A stretch of 64,000 nt of DNA from a virus. Location: positions 40,663 through 104,662 of IMG/VR virus record IMGVR_UViG_3300035703_000036. The stretch is one strand, 5' to 3'. Positions 29,384-38,701 of the stretch are shown piece by piece (position 1 is the first letter of the stretch; every line of letters begins with the position of its first letter). Position numbers and translations under genes: made by a program. The notes under the pieces are model-generated. The model was given only the letters and a program-made list of their open reading frames with translations. It did no database searches and was not told the DNA's origin.

Positions 29384-30361
29384 CTATAATTTTTTAATTT
29401 CTTTTACCGCTTGCTTAGTGATATTACAATCCTGAGCTAAATTAAATCTTATTAACTTCTGTTCTTGATCTAAAGTAACAAATCCAACTCCAATGTCTTC
29501 TAATTTTTTCATCAAAAATTCATCAGCAAAAACAGGATAAAACATACCGTTTTCAGGAACTTCCTGAGAATCGAACAAAGAACTTAGTTTAGCCATCTCT
29601 TCTCTGTTGTAATCAATATATCTTGCTGCCTTTTTGTGAAATACATCTAAATCTGTTTTTTCTAAAATCTCTATCATAAATCTTTGAGATACCGTACTGA
29701 CATTCATTATAGTATATTTTACCGTATCAAAACAATTTTTGAATATTTCTTCATTATTTGTAGCGATCCATCCGACACGCCATCCGGCTAGTCCAAAAGA
29801 TTTACTATAAGATCCGACATTTACAACATGAGCAGGATGAGCGATTGCGCCTCTAATATCTCTAATTTTGCTTTTTTGGTAAGCAGGGCCTGCGTAGACA
29901 CTATCCCAAATTGTGTTAATTCCATTTATTTTACACGTAGATATGCTGCCCCAAGGATTACTAGGGCTATCGTCTATAACTAGTCCATCATGCTTGTCTA
30001 CTTCATCTCCACCAATTACAGGAGTCATTCCGGCTTTTTTTATAATTTGAGGATAATAAGGAAAATGCTGCTCTCTAATCAGAACTATGTCATTTCCTTT
30101 TTGAGAAAAGTAATTTAAAACAACAGATAAAGCATGGGTACAGCCGTCGGTTATAATTAAATACTTGTAGTCAATACCGATAGTATTTTTAATAAATTTC
30201 TTTGTTAATTCAACAAGCTTTTGCTCGCCGCCATATTCCCCATATCCTTGAGAAATAAGATCCGGCTTATTTATCTGAAGTCTACCGTTAAACTCTTCAA
30301 GTAAGGCTTTTCTAATACAGACAGGATCTCCCCATCCTAGCGGATATTTAATTTTATTCAT
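29384..30361 (-). CDS. PLP-dependent aminotransferase class I/II
   Basis: ITDGCTHAL, SPSNPWG, WDSVY, SYSKSFGLAGWRVGW (PLP lysine), IRFN. Confidence 0.9.
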   Translation of the reverse strand: MNKIKYPLGWGDPVCIRKALLEEFNGRLQINKPDLISQGYGEYGGEQKLVELTKKFIKNTIGIDYKYLIITDGCTHALSVVLNYFSQKGNDIVLIREQHFPYYPQIIKKAGMTPVIGGDEVDKHDGLVIDDSPSNPWGSISTCKINGINTIWDSVYAGPAYQKSKIRDIRGAIAHPAHVVNVGSYSKSFGLAGWRVGWIATNNEEIFKNCFDTVKYTIMNVSTVSQRFMIEILEKTDLDVFHKKAARYIDYNREEMAKLSSLFDSQEVPENGMFYPVFADEFLMKKLEDIGVGFVTLDQEQKLIRFNLAQDCNITKQAVKEIKKL

Positions 30362-30803
30362 TCTTTTTGTCCGCCGTTTCTTGTAAAAACTTATCCATCT
30401 TCTCTATGTAAAAGCTGGTTTTAATCATCATGAAATCATTTCCAACATCTCTAATCTGTTGTTGGGTCAATGAATATTTAGTTGCAAGGCCTTCTATTGC
30501 TTTGTCTTGATATATTTTAAACTCTTCTTCTTTTTGCTTATCTAGTAAGTAATGATTAATTGCTTTCTTTTGCATAAAAGCATCTCGCCCACTTATTTTA
30601 CCGCATTCTTTGCAAACCGTATTATCATTAATAATTACCCAAGAATGAACTTTACATTGATTTTCTTCCATTTCTTTATATTTTTTGTTATTTTTATTTA
30701 ATCTAATCATTTCTTGTATTTGCTCAATTATCAAAATAAATATAATAAAAATAAGAACCGATATTACAATTACCGCAGATGCCGTTACTATTGTTTTTAA
30801 CAT
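30354..30803 (-). CDS. Membrane-anchored protein with C..H..CxxC motif
   Basis: N-terminal TM; CKVHSW..CKECG. Confidence 0.7.
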   Translation of the reverse strand: MLKTIVTASAVIVISVLIFIIFILIIEQIQEMIRLNKNNKKYKEMEENQCKVHSWVIINDNTVCKECGKISGRDAFMQKKAINHYLLDKQKEEEFKIYQDKAIEGLATKYSLTQQQIRDVGNDFMMIKTSFYIEKMDKFLQETADKKNE

Positions 30804-31099
30804 TATTTTTTACCTTTTTTAATTTTCTTTTTAGCTTTTTTTACCTTCTTAGAAAGCTTAGCGCGCAAAACTTTACGATATTCTTTATGCACATTTATAA
30901 TATCTTTTTTAGATGGACATAAGCTTTGCTCTATTTCTTCCCAAGTAATTTCGCCTCTTTTTACAGCTAAACAAAGCTGAGTATATGCCATTTGAAAAGC
31001 AAAGCTATCGGGATCACGCTTGGGGTCTATCATAACCGTAGGCCCTCTTAAGTAAGAGCATTTTTTGATTCTTTTAATAGCGTTTTCCAAGATTGTCAT
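30803..31099 (-). CDS. Basic hypothetical protein
   Basis: ATG 31099 with AAGGAG SD; Lys-rich tail. Confidence 0.65.
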   Translation of the reverse strand: MTILENAIKRIKKCSYLRGPTVMIDPKRDPDSFAFQMAYTQLCLAVKRGEITWEEIEQSLCPSKKDIINVHKEYRKVLRAKLSKKVKKAKKKIKKGKK

Positions 31100-31108
31100 A
31101 ATGCTCCT

Positions 31109-31156
31109 TTGTTCTATAAAATAGAACAATTGTTACATAAAATAGAACAATTGTTA
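31109..31156. repeat. Operator-like array: 20-bp direct repeat x2 plus overlapping inverted repeat
   Basis: ATAAAATAGAACAATTGTTA at 31116-31135 and 31137-31156; TTGTTCTAT-AAA-ATAGAACAA at 31109-31129. Confidence 0.85.
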
Positions 31157-31169
31157 ATTATTATATGTA

Positions 31170-31198
31170 ATTTTAGCACGATAATTAATTTAAGTCAA
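31170..31198 (-). promoter_or_regulatory. Sigma70-type promoter
   Basis: TTGACT-17 nt-TAAAAT with extended TG. Confidence 0.7.
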
Positions 31199-32698
31199 TT
31201 ATTTTTTAAGGCCTTCCCAATCATAAACACCGTTACCCCCAAAAACTTCGTCAGCAAATCCTAATTCTACGGCTTGTTGGGCACTTAGGAATACGTCTTC
31301 TTTTTTATTCATTTGATCAATAAGCCATTTTCTAATCGTTTCTTCTTTCTTGTCTTTCATAGATCCTTGTTTTTTAATAGAATCTATATAAATGTCCAGC
31401 ATTTGTTTTTGCCTAATATTTTCCTGCTCCATTTCAGTTCGAAATTGCTTGACTGTGCCGCTCATTCCTAGGGTTCCTTCGTGAAACATGAATACAGCAT
31501 GAGGCATCATGACTCGCTTATCTGCAGCCTGTAGGATTAGTGACGACATACTTCTAGCGTGTGTGTAGACTAGGATAATGATTTTATTTGGGCACGATTT
31601 AAGGGCGTCATAAATAGCCATACCCTCTGACCAGTCGCCTCCGCAATTGTGAACCGCCACATGATTAGCTACGTATGAGTGATCTTCTTCTACTGTAATA
31701 TTGTAGACTTTTTGTCTGTAAGTATTTTTTTTAACATGTTTACTGGTAACTTTTACTTTGCAAAATCCGCTTTCTTCATCGTATTCATACCAAGTATAGA
31801 AGCTTTTAGATGCCTGATTATTATATGGATGATGCCATACAACATCGTCTACATATTCCATAATTTTAGCGTTTTCATATTTTTGTTTTTTTACTTCTAA
31901 AGATTTACCTGTCATTTTTTCTACTTCAAAAGCTACTATTTTACCTTCCTTGTAGCCAATAATATCAGGTATAACTCCAGCGCCTACTGGAACTACTTGC
32001 CATCCTTCATTTTTAAGTTTTTCACAAAAAGGCAGTATGTCCTGTTCAAGATGAGATTGTTGGCTACCTATTCCTTTTCTTTTTAATCTGTCGCAATTAA
32101 AGTTCTTTTTTCTTCTCCAAAAAGGTACTTTTTCTCCTGTAAATTCACAATCTTTTGATTCTACAAAAATAACATCATCTTCCACTACATCTTTTATTGG
32201 TACAAAAATTTTTTTACCTTCACGCTCTACCATAATAGGATGATCGGCTGTGGCGGTTATTTTTGTAGATTGGTGTTTACTTCTACCATAATATAGAGTG
32301 ACCATATCTCCTTCATACATGTGAGACATAGTATCGATAACTTTTCTATATCTACCCTTATGGGTCATTACCATATCGCCTATTTTTATATCTACAATTT
32401 TTTTATTGCCTTTATCTGTAAGAATATTGGTTTTTCTTGAAAAACAAGTTTTCATGTGAATTAAGATAGGCTCATCAGATTTTCTCATAAGGATGTTAAG
32501 ATTCTTAATAAATCTATTGGCCATAACGTATTCCACGCCAGGCTCATCTCCTTCATGGACGTCTGAGTATGTATCTTCCCCAAACAGATATAAGGCGTTT
32601 GATTTTAAATCAATATTATACTCATGACTATGCCATACTGGGTCGTCAGTCTTATATCCTTTAACATTTTTTTCTTTAATGTGCGTTAACTGACTCAC
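31199..32698 (-). CDS. clpP: ClpP-like (S14) protease precursor containing an intein
   Basis: IHMKT/CGGDWSEGMAIYDAL, ARSMSS (Ser), FMFHEG (His), DVFLSAQQAVELGFAD (Asp). Confidence 0.85.
   Translation of the reverse strand: MSQLTHIKEKNVKGYKTDDPVWHSHEYNIDLKSNALYLFGEDTYSDVHEGDEPGVEYVMANRFIKNLNILMRKSDEPILIHMKTCFSRKTNILTDKGNKKIVDIKIGDMVMTHKGRYRKVIDTMSHMYEGDMVTLYYGRSKHQSTKITATADHPIMVEREGKKIFVPIKDVVEDDVIFVESKDCEFTGEKVPFWRRKKNFNCDRLKRKGIGSQQSHLEQDILPFCEKLKNEGWQVVPVGAGVIPDIIGYKEGKIVAFEVEKMTGKSLEVKKQKYENAKIMEYVDDVVWHHPYNNQASKSFYTWYEYDEESGFCKVKVTSKHVKKNTYRQKVYNITVEEDHSYVANHVAVHNCGGDWSEGMAIYDALKSCPNKIIILVYTHARSMSSLILQAADKRVMMPHAVFMFHEGTLGMSGTVKQFRTEMEQENIRQKQMLDIYIDSIKKQGSMKDKKEETIRKWLIDQMNKKEDVFLSAQQAVELGFADEVFGGNGVYDWEGLKK
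31646..32446 (-). mobile_element. Intein (267 aa) with internal PD-(D/E)XK-like nuclease
   Basis: Block A CFSRKT, block B TADHPI, blocks F/G VYNITVEEDHSYVANHVAVHN followed by Cys+1; IPDIIG..FEVEK. Confidence 0.9.
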
Positions 32699-33579
32699 TT
32701 ATTACCTCTCAGTACTTGATTAAATCCGTTCCTAATACTATTATACCATTCATTCCTGTTAAAATCTCTTTCTTCTTGATAAAACTTATCTAATTCTGCA
32801 GCGGCTTGATCTAACGTAAACCCTGCTTTACAAAACTCTATACCGAGCTTAAACCACGTATTTTGCCGTCCGCCTCTTTTGCTAAAATCTATTCCATTAT
32901 GAAGCTCAGCTAATAGCCATACAGGTAATGAAGTTAAGTTGCCTCCGGCTAATTTTACATCATATTCTCGATCTATTATTTTTGGCTTAGGCTTTTTATC
33001 GGGATGTTTGTTTAGCCATATATATAAATCCTCTTTCTTAATTCTTTCTTTTAGCCAAATTAAACGCTGAATATTGCCTGTCTCAACTCTTTTATTATTT
33101 GGAAATCTAATGCTTCTAGTAGGATTTTTAGTAAGCTGATCGGCCTTGCTCATTATGTTTAATATCCATTCCGCAATAAATTTATAGTTCTCTATACTCT
33201 CTAGATCTTTATCTAAAACTATTCCAAAATGTAAGCTTTTACTTCCTGAAAAAACACAGGCGCTAAAAGGCATTTCCATTTTATCAATATAGGATCTTTG
33301 CTCAGGAAGAGACAGTCCGTCCACTTCTACTAGAAAACTTCTAAAAGCAGTCACATTATCATCTTGTCTAAAACCTTTTACAGGGTTTAAGGCCATAAGA
33401 TTAATATCATATTCCGATATTTTAAATGGCTTTATATCTTTATTGGGAGATATCAAAGTAAAATCATCATTGAGATCTTCCTGATTAATACTATGGTATC
33501 CATATTTACTATTTGATACGCAAATAGTTTCACCCTCATTAAAAAAAAGATTAAGAAAATCCTTAGTCTCTTTTCTCAC
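32695..33579 (-). CDS. AEP-superfamily (RepB-like) DNA primase with PriCT-like C-terminus
   Basis: FLVEVD, FSGSKSLH, DQLTKNPTRSIRFP, GRQNTWFKLG; adjacent to helicase. Confidence 0.8.
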   Translation of the reverse strand: MRKETKDFLNLFFNEGETICVSNSKYGYHSINQEDLNDDFTLISPNKDIKPFKISEYDINLMALNPVKGFRQDDNVTAFRSFLVEVDGLSLPEQRSYIDKMEMPFSACVFSGSKSLHFGIVLDKDLESIENYKFIAEWILNIMSKADQLTKNPTRSIRFPNNKRVETGNIQRLIWLKERIKKEDLYIWLNKHPDKKPKPKIIDREYDVKLAGGNLTSLPVWLLAELHNGIDFSKRGGRQNTWFKLGIEFCKAGFTLDQAAAELDKFYQEERDFNRNEWYNSIRNGFNQVLRGNK

Positions 33580-34666
33580 CAGAACCTCCGCCAGTGGTTT
33601 TTCTCATAAGCTCAGCGGTTTCTTTAGCGGTTTTCTCCAGTTGAATTCTGTTTTTAAATTCATCAGTATATTCAACATATTGCCCTCTATCAAATCCGCA
33701 AGTAATAGTAATCCCTGCTTGATGTGAGAAACGGTTTTTATGGAAAATAAATTCAGTACATCTATCGGCCTTATTTGCTTTAACTTCAACACCTACTGTG
33801 GCTGAGTTTAGGATAGATTTTCTACCTTCAATTCTTTGTTTAAAAGAAGCATTATCCTTGGTTGCTGGGTGTAGCTGGCTAAGTATGACTAGTGGGCACT
33901 TTAGTTTTCTACGATAAATATCTAGTAATTTACCCAGCCTGTGCTGAACCTGCAATTCTGTCATTTCAGGGAATTTTTTTGAAAATTCAATATTCTGGTA
34001 GTAATCCAGTATCACAACCCCATACTTCTCACCCTTACTCTCTTCAGCGACAATGTTATCTAAAATGGAAATGATACCTTCAAGGGAGGTCGTAAAACCC
34101 GACGATCCACCATAATTATCATCTAATACTAGCATTCTTTGAGATAGGATCTTTACAGATTCTTTATATACTGGGATTCTTTCTTTAGGGATAGACTGGT
34201 GATCAGTATAGGCCCACCCTTTAATTAAGGAAGTAACTCTATTGTAAACATCATCTTTAGATTCTTCGTTTGTAATTACAACTACTTTGTTTCTATCTGC
34301 ACTCTGTTTAATTGTTTGCAAACAAAGGTTAGAAGTTAAGGTTGTTTTACCTTCACCTGTTAAGGCTCCTAACAATATCAGATTCCTACCAAAAAATGGC
34401 ATTACTCCCTTGAATTGATTATTGATAAATACAGGTGCATTCCTAGCAAGCACGAAGTATTCTTCCATGCTTTCAGTGATATTGTTTACGTAGTCATCAT
34501 CGCCAAACTTAAGGTTAATTTTCTTAAAAGCTTCATTATCTTTTTCATTCTGAACAGTTCTTTCATATTCTCGATTAGTTTTTGCCTTCTTAAGGTAAAA
34601 CTGCTTATCACTGAGATCTGCCGCTTCTTTTAGCGTATCTTCAGGGGATTGGATTGCATTACTCAT
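33563..34666 (-). CDS. DnaB-like (SF4) replicative helicase
   Basis: Walker A GALTGEGKTT, Walker B VVILDYYQ, VILSQL, KNRF. Confidence 0.85.
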   Translation of the reverse strand: MSNAIQSPEDTLKEAADLSDKQFYLKKAKTNREYERTVQNEKDNEAFKKINLKFGDDDYVNNITESMEEYFVLARNAPVFINNQFKGVMPFFGRNLILLGALTGEGKTTLTSNLCLQTIKQSADRNKVVVITNEESKDDVYNRVTSLIKGWAYTDHQSIPKERIPVYKESVKILSQRMLVLDDNYGGSSGFTTSLEGIISILDNIVAEESKGEKYGVVILDYYQNIEFSKKFPEMTELQVQHRLGKLLDIYRRKLKCPLVILSQLHPATKDNASFKQRIEGRKSILNSATVGVEVKANKADRCTEFIFHKNRFSHQAGITITCGFDRGQYVEYTDEFKNRIQLEKTAKETAELMRKTTGGGSGEKRD

Positions 34667-35117
34667 TATTCTTTACCTCAACGCCCAAAAGTTTACAATA
34701 CTCTTCATCTATCTCCATAGACCTAAGCTCTTCTGCATCTATTGAAATTACCGGCTCATCTGCCGTTAGATCTACTTCATCCTCGTCAATAATTAAATTG
34801 CCTTCCTTGGCTTTTACATCTTCCTTAACTTTAACTGTCTTATTAATTAAATGGCCTAAAAAAACTATATTGATAGCTTTCTGTATGTCCTTCATTACAT
34901 AATTTCTTCTCTTTACTTCTAAACAATCCGGTGTGTTTTCTTCTAATTTACATGTTAAATTTAAAATATGATTGGCTATTTCTTCATCAAATAAATTCTT
35001 ATCCGCCCCTTCAATTCTGGATTTTACAAACAATTTAATTAACATTGTCAGTCTGCTTTCTGGAGTTACCAAAGCATAATCATAGCAAAGTTTTTTAAAT
35101 TCTATCTTATCCATCAT
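34659..35117 (-). CDS. Hypothetical protein
   Basis: ORF immediately below a TGGTATAAT promoter (probably leaderless). Confidence 0.7.
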   Translation of the reverse strand: MMDKIEFKKLCYDYALVTPESRLTMLIKLFVKSRIEGADKNLFDEEIANHILNLTCKLEENTPDCLEVKRRNYVMKDIQKAINIVFLGHLINKTVKVKEDVKAKEGNLIIDEDEVDLTADEPVISIDAEELRSMEIDEEYCKLLGVEVKNNE

Positions 35118-35122
35118 TTCAA

Positions 35123-36013
35123 TTATACCACATTTCTCATATCTTTCAAAAGACGTCGTGCTATTTTTACTTCTTCCTTAAGAGTATCATTTGTCGCATG
35201 GTCATAAATGAACTTATTTAACATTTTTCTTTTGCTTTTTTTATCGAAATTTTGAAATTTCCTTTCTAAAGCCTCAAATTCCACCTCTTTCTGAAGAAAC
35301 GAACATGCGATTTCAGGATCTTCATAGTAGATATTTCTAGACATAAAGGCTTCTTCATGCTCTTCTACCGTAAGACTTCTCGGCATTTCCTCATAAATAT
35401 GAACTTTAAAGCCTTTATCGTCAAACATCTCCCCATACTCGCCTTTAGGCTTTTTCTTAATCTCTTTAAATTCATTCTGAGTTACAACTCTAAATCCATA
35501 TTTCTTAGGCTCTTTAGCAACCATATAAATATCAACTTTCTTTGACTTGTCAGTCTCAGCCAAATAGATCTTTACGTGAGATCCTCCCAATATATTTCTT
35601 CCTTTCCTCACAAAAACTAGGCAGCAATGGTACAATTTTTGTCTTAAAAAATTAATAAGGTTATTCCTTTCAACCCTATTAACTTCTTCTTTGGGAGGGT
35701 GGGCATCCTTGCCGTGCTTAGCTTTATACTTCATCAGGAACTTTTCCATAGCTTTTTCATTGTGCCTTAAACTATATAGGCTCATATAATATATGGCATA
35801 CATATTTGAAATAGAAATCAAATCTTCCATCTCAAAACCAACAATCCTCATAACATTATGATTTTGTTGATAAATTATCTCGGTAGTATTCCAAATAATC
35901 CCCCTATATTCTCTAATATAGGAGCCATCCATTTCAGCTATTCTTCCGGCCAAATCATGCCTCAAATACAGCTCCTCAAAATTATCATCAAATGTTTTTT
36001 CTCTTTTAGCCAC
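35123..36013 (-). CDS. Divergent sigma-factor-like protein (region-2-like)
   Basis: YIREYRGII..GFEMEDLISISNMYAIYYMSLY..NLINFLRQKL..RK; GTG 36013 with AAGGAG SD; CDS firm, sigma call tentative. Confidence 0.45.
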   Translation of the reverse strand: MAKREKTFDDNFEELYLRHDLAGRIAEMDGSYIREYRGIIWNTTEIIYQQNHNVMRIVGFEMEDLISISNMYAIYYMSLYSLRHNEKAMEKFLMKYKAKHGKDAHPPKEEVNRVERNNLINFLRQKLYHCCLVFVRKGRNILGGSHVKIYLAETDKSKKVDIYMVAKEPKKYGFRVVTQNEFKEIKKKPKGEYGEMFDDKGFKVHIYEEMPRSLTVEEHEEAFMSRNIYYEDPEIACSFLQKEVEFEALERKFQNFDKKSKRKMLNKFIYDHATNDTLKEEVKIARRLLKDMRNVV

Positions 36014-36023
36014 GGTGTTCTCC

Positions 36024-36389
36024 TTATTTAAATATAAGTGTGTATTTTCCCTTGTAAACTTCAAGATTTTTTGGGTATACTTGCATATTTCTAACTGTTG
36101 AATTTCCCCAGCATTCTGTGGAGACGTCTCTAATTTCAATCTTCATCTCCTTTTCATATTCTTCATCTTTTTCTTGATTATACATTGAAACCATAGCCAT
36201 TACATCTTGGTTAGGTACTTCAATTTCAAACCCCTGAATTCCATCAGAGTAAATCTCCATAATCAGGCTCCACTTGATCTCTACTTCGGCTGAGCCGCCT
36301 TCCGCATCCACATGAAGGCTATTTTTGTAAATATCCATATTTACTTTAGATGTAAAGTCAATTTTTTGAAAACCTATAAATTTACTCAT
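36024..36389 (-). CDS. Hypothetical early protein
   Basis: GGAGG SD; own TGATATAAT promoter at 36408-36416. Confidence 0.7.
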   Translation of the reverse strand: MSKFIGFQKIDFTSKVNMDIYKNSLHVDAEGGSAEVEIKWSLIMEIYSDGIQGFEIEVPNQDVMAMVSMYNQEKDEEYEKEMKIEIRDVSTECWGNSTVRNMQVYPKNLEVYKGKYTLIFK

Positions 36390-36437
36390 AAAACCTCCGA
36401 TATTGATATTATATCAGAAAATTATAAAAATTTCTAT

Positions 36438-36466
36438 AAAAAAGTGGGCTTTCGCCCACTTTTTTT
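36438..36466. terminator. Intrinsic terminator (bidirectional)
   Basis: AAAAAAGTGGGC-TTTC-GCCCACTTTTTT. Confidence 0.85.
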
Positions 36467-37394
36467 ATGCTGCCATCTCAACTGCCGTGTTAAGGGCTCT
36501 TTCTAGGATCGTTTTTGACTGACCAAACCAAAGATTGTTTAGTCTTGTCTGGGCGTCAGTACCTCTTTCGTATTGAAGGTATTCTGAAACGCTATTATAA
36601 GCCGCCCAATATGTACCCTTAATTTCTCTCATATCGTTTCCGCGGCCCTTTTCAAAAAGCGGAATAATGTTGCTTAGTAGCTTCTTGCCTGAATCTTCTT
36701 CTTCCAATTTGAAGACTAATTTAATAAACTTCTCTAAATCTTTTCCATTGATATCTTTATTAGCAAGAAATTTATACTGGGCCAATGTAGCTTCAAAAGC
36801 GTTATTAGCTAGATTCATAACTTTACCGATAGCCTCAAGATTCTCTTCAACTTTTTGAGAATGCTTAATACGGATCAGTTGAGACTCGCCATTGTGATGA
36901 GCCATGCTTAAAGTATTTTGACAAACTACTCTCTGAGGAGTAAATCCAGCTCTTACTGCCATAGTTCCATCATGGCTATTAGAAAGTAGAATGTAGCGCT
37001 CAATAACGTCATTACCTTTAACTACGTCAAGGTCAGATTTAATTTTTGCTTGTACCCAAACTCTCTTACCTTTCATAAGAGATCCGGCAGTTTCAATCTG
37101 TGCCATTCCAGACTCAACGAATGGATTAAAGAAGTCAAAAGCATTTTTATTCTGTAATGGCTTGTAGTTATTTCCAACAACTCCAAGGATAGAGTTGTCA
37201 GAATCACGCACATTCGCCATAGCCGGAACATCTCTTCCGTCATCTAAATAGATTTTCTTTGTAGAAACAGTCCAATCAAGTCCTGCGGCTACCATAGCTT
37301 CTTCAAGAGTTTTAGGCGCCTCAATAAAGCGAGATCCAAGGTTGTGCCAAGGTGTTGCTCCTACATACATCATTTCTTCTACCATGTGTGCCAT
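36465..37394 (-). CDS. DUF932 / phage-plasmid-like (TIGR03299) protein
   Basis: MAHMVE..PWHNLG..AGLDWTV..YKPLQN..TAGSL..LSNSHDG..RVVCQNTL..GTYWAAYN. Confidence 0.9.
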   Translation of the reverse strand: MAHMVEEMMYVGATPWHNLGSRFIEAPKTLEEAMVAAGLDWTVSTKKIYLDDGRDVPAMANVRDSDNSILGVVGNNYKPLQNKNAFDFFNPFVESGMAQIETAGSLMKGKRVWVQAKIKSDLDVVKGNDVIERYILLSNSHDGTMAVRAGFTPQRVVCQNTLSMAHHNGESQLIRIKHSQKVEENLEAIGKVMNLANNAFEATLAQYKFLANKDINGKDLEKFIKLVFKLEEEDSGKKLLSNIIPLFEKGRGNDMREIKGTYWAAYNSVSEYLQYERGTDAQTRLNNLWFGQSKTILERALNTAVEMAA

Positions 37395-37426
37395 AAAATT
37401 TTCTCCTTTGTTTTATTCGATAACTG

Positions 37427-37455
37427 ATTATACTACTAATAATAAATATGATCAA
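37427..37455 (-). promoter_or_regulatory. Early sigma70-type promoter
   Basis: TTGATC-17 nt-TATAAT. Confidence 0.75.
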
Positions 37456-37464
37456 TACTTTTTT

Positions 37465-37734
37465 TTAAAAATCTTCGTCTTCTTCAATCATTTCAGCAGC
37501 TTGCTCATCAAAAGACTTTAAACTTTTATTAGAAGGTAAGAATTTAGAGAGATCATAGCTAGATTCTACTCTAAAAAAATCACTTAAAAATCCATCCATC
37601 AATTTCATTCCTGCTAAAAATGAGAGTACAATTAATGCTACCGATAGAGGATTCATTCCTTCTTTAACCATTTTTAATAAATTAAATCCAATCACAACAT
37701 CTAAAACAATAATTGCTAATAATTTCTTTTTCAT
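37465..37734 (-). CDS. Two-TM membrane protein
   Basis: Hydrophobic N-terminal half, acidic tail, GGAGAG SD. Confidence 0.7.
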   Translation of the reverse strand: MKKKLLAIIVLDVVIGFNLLKMVKEGMNPLSVALIVLSFLAGMKLMDGFLSDFFRVESSYDLSKFLPSNKSLKSFDEQAAEMIEEDEDF

Positions 37735-37742
37735 AATCTCTC

Positions 37743-38045
37743 CTATAGTGTTATTAAAAGTCCGGTTACTTCTGTAAAAATTTCTTGTAAATTTTCACTA
37801 TAAACATCTTCAAAAGATGCGATAGTTTTTGTCTTTGTTCCTCTTATCGAAAGAAACGTCATTTCGTATAAATCTTTTCCATAGACGTATTTAACTATTA
37901 CATGACTTACTTTTCCTGCGTTTCTTCCTAAGCCAAAAGATAAGTAGTCAGTTCCTGCCCCCAAATTTTTTGCTCCTGACATAATGACGAATCTATTTCC
38001 GCCTAACTGGTCTAATATTGTTTGAGCTACTTCTAATTTATTCAT
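37743..38045 (-). CDS. Phage hypothetical protein (TILDQLGG..FV.M.GAK type)
   Basis: AGGAG SD; motif pattern familiar from phage early genes. Confidence 0.75.
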   Translation of the reverse strand: MNKLEVAQTILDQLGGNRFVIMSGAKNLGAGTDYLSFGLGRNAGKVSHVIVKYVYGKDLYEMTFLSIRGTKTKTIASFEDVYSENLQEIFTEVTGLLITL

Positions 38046-38056
38046 AAAAACTCCTA

Positions 38057-38317
38057 TTAATTATTTACGATTTGATAGGCGTCAAGCATAAAATCGATTA
38101 CCATTTGCTCAGTCAAAGCATTCCAATAGCACATTTCTGATTTACTTCCTAGCCATTTAATATTAAAAAGTTTATCTTCAGCTCTATAAAAGACAGTAAC
38201 ATTACATACTATATCAAAAACCTTACAGTCAACAACGATAACTGATCCTTGTTTTTTAGCAAGGCGAATATCTTGCTTAGCAAATCTTGTAAGAGATTTT
38301 TTAAGTGATGCTTCCAT
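38057..38317 (-). CDS. Hypothetical early protein
   Basis: AAGGAG SD; own promoter. Confidence 0.7.
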   Translation of the reverse strand: MEASLKKSLTRFAKQDIRLAKKQGSVIVVDCKVFDIVCNVTVFYRAEDKLFNIKWLGSKSEMCYWNALTEQMVIDFMLDAYQIVNN

Positions 38318-38346
38318 TTTTGTCTCCTTGTTTTAGGTTATAAGGT

Positions 38347-38375
38347 ATTATACAGTACAAATTAAAATAAATCAA
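38347..38375 (-). promoter_or_regulatory. Early sigma70-type promoter
   Basis: TTGATT-17 nt-TATAAT. Confidence 0.75.
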
Positions 38376-38384
38376 CATTATTTT

Positions 38385-38678
38385 TTATCTTTCATTTTCA
38401 TATTTTTCATAATAGTACTCATCAGCTTCAGCCGCTCCAAGAAGGACAGCCATCAAATAATGTTTTGTATTATTTAAAAATTCTGATTCGCTAACTTTGC
38501 TTTCCAAGACCCATAAAATCTGACGGTCATCATTAAACCTTGCCGTCATTCTAAAAACGTGAGAAGGAAATTCCTTTTTAAAATCTTCTCTAGCTAAATC
38601 AACACAAGCGGCAAATACCGCGATCGCCTGCTCAGAGTAGCTATTAGCTGGACAACTTTTTCCCCAAATTGATTTCAT
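38385..38678 (-). CDS. Hypothetical early protein
   Basis: GGAGG SD; own promoter. Confidence 0.7.
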   Translation of the reverse strand: MKSIWGKSCPANSYSEQAIAVFAACVDLAREDFKKEFPSHVFRMTARFNDDRQILWVLESKVSESEFLNNTKHYLMAVLLGAAEADEYYYEKYENER

Positions 38679-38701
38679 AAAAAACCTCCGTTATATATGG
38701 T

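Noticed and set aside
31109-31156. Mini CRISPR array
   Set aside because: Only two 20-bp repeats separated by 1 nt, with no spacers or cas genes
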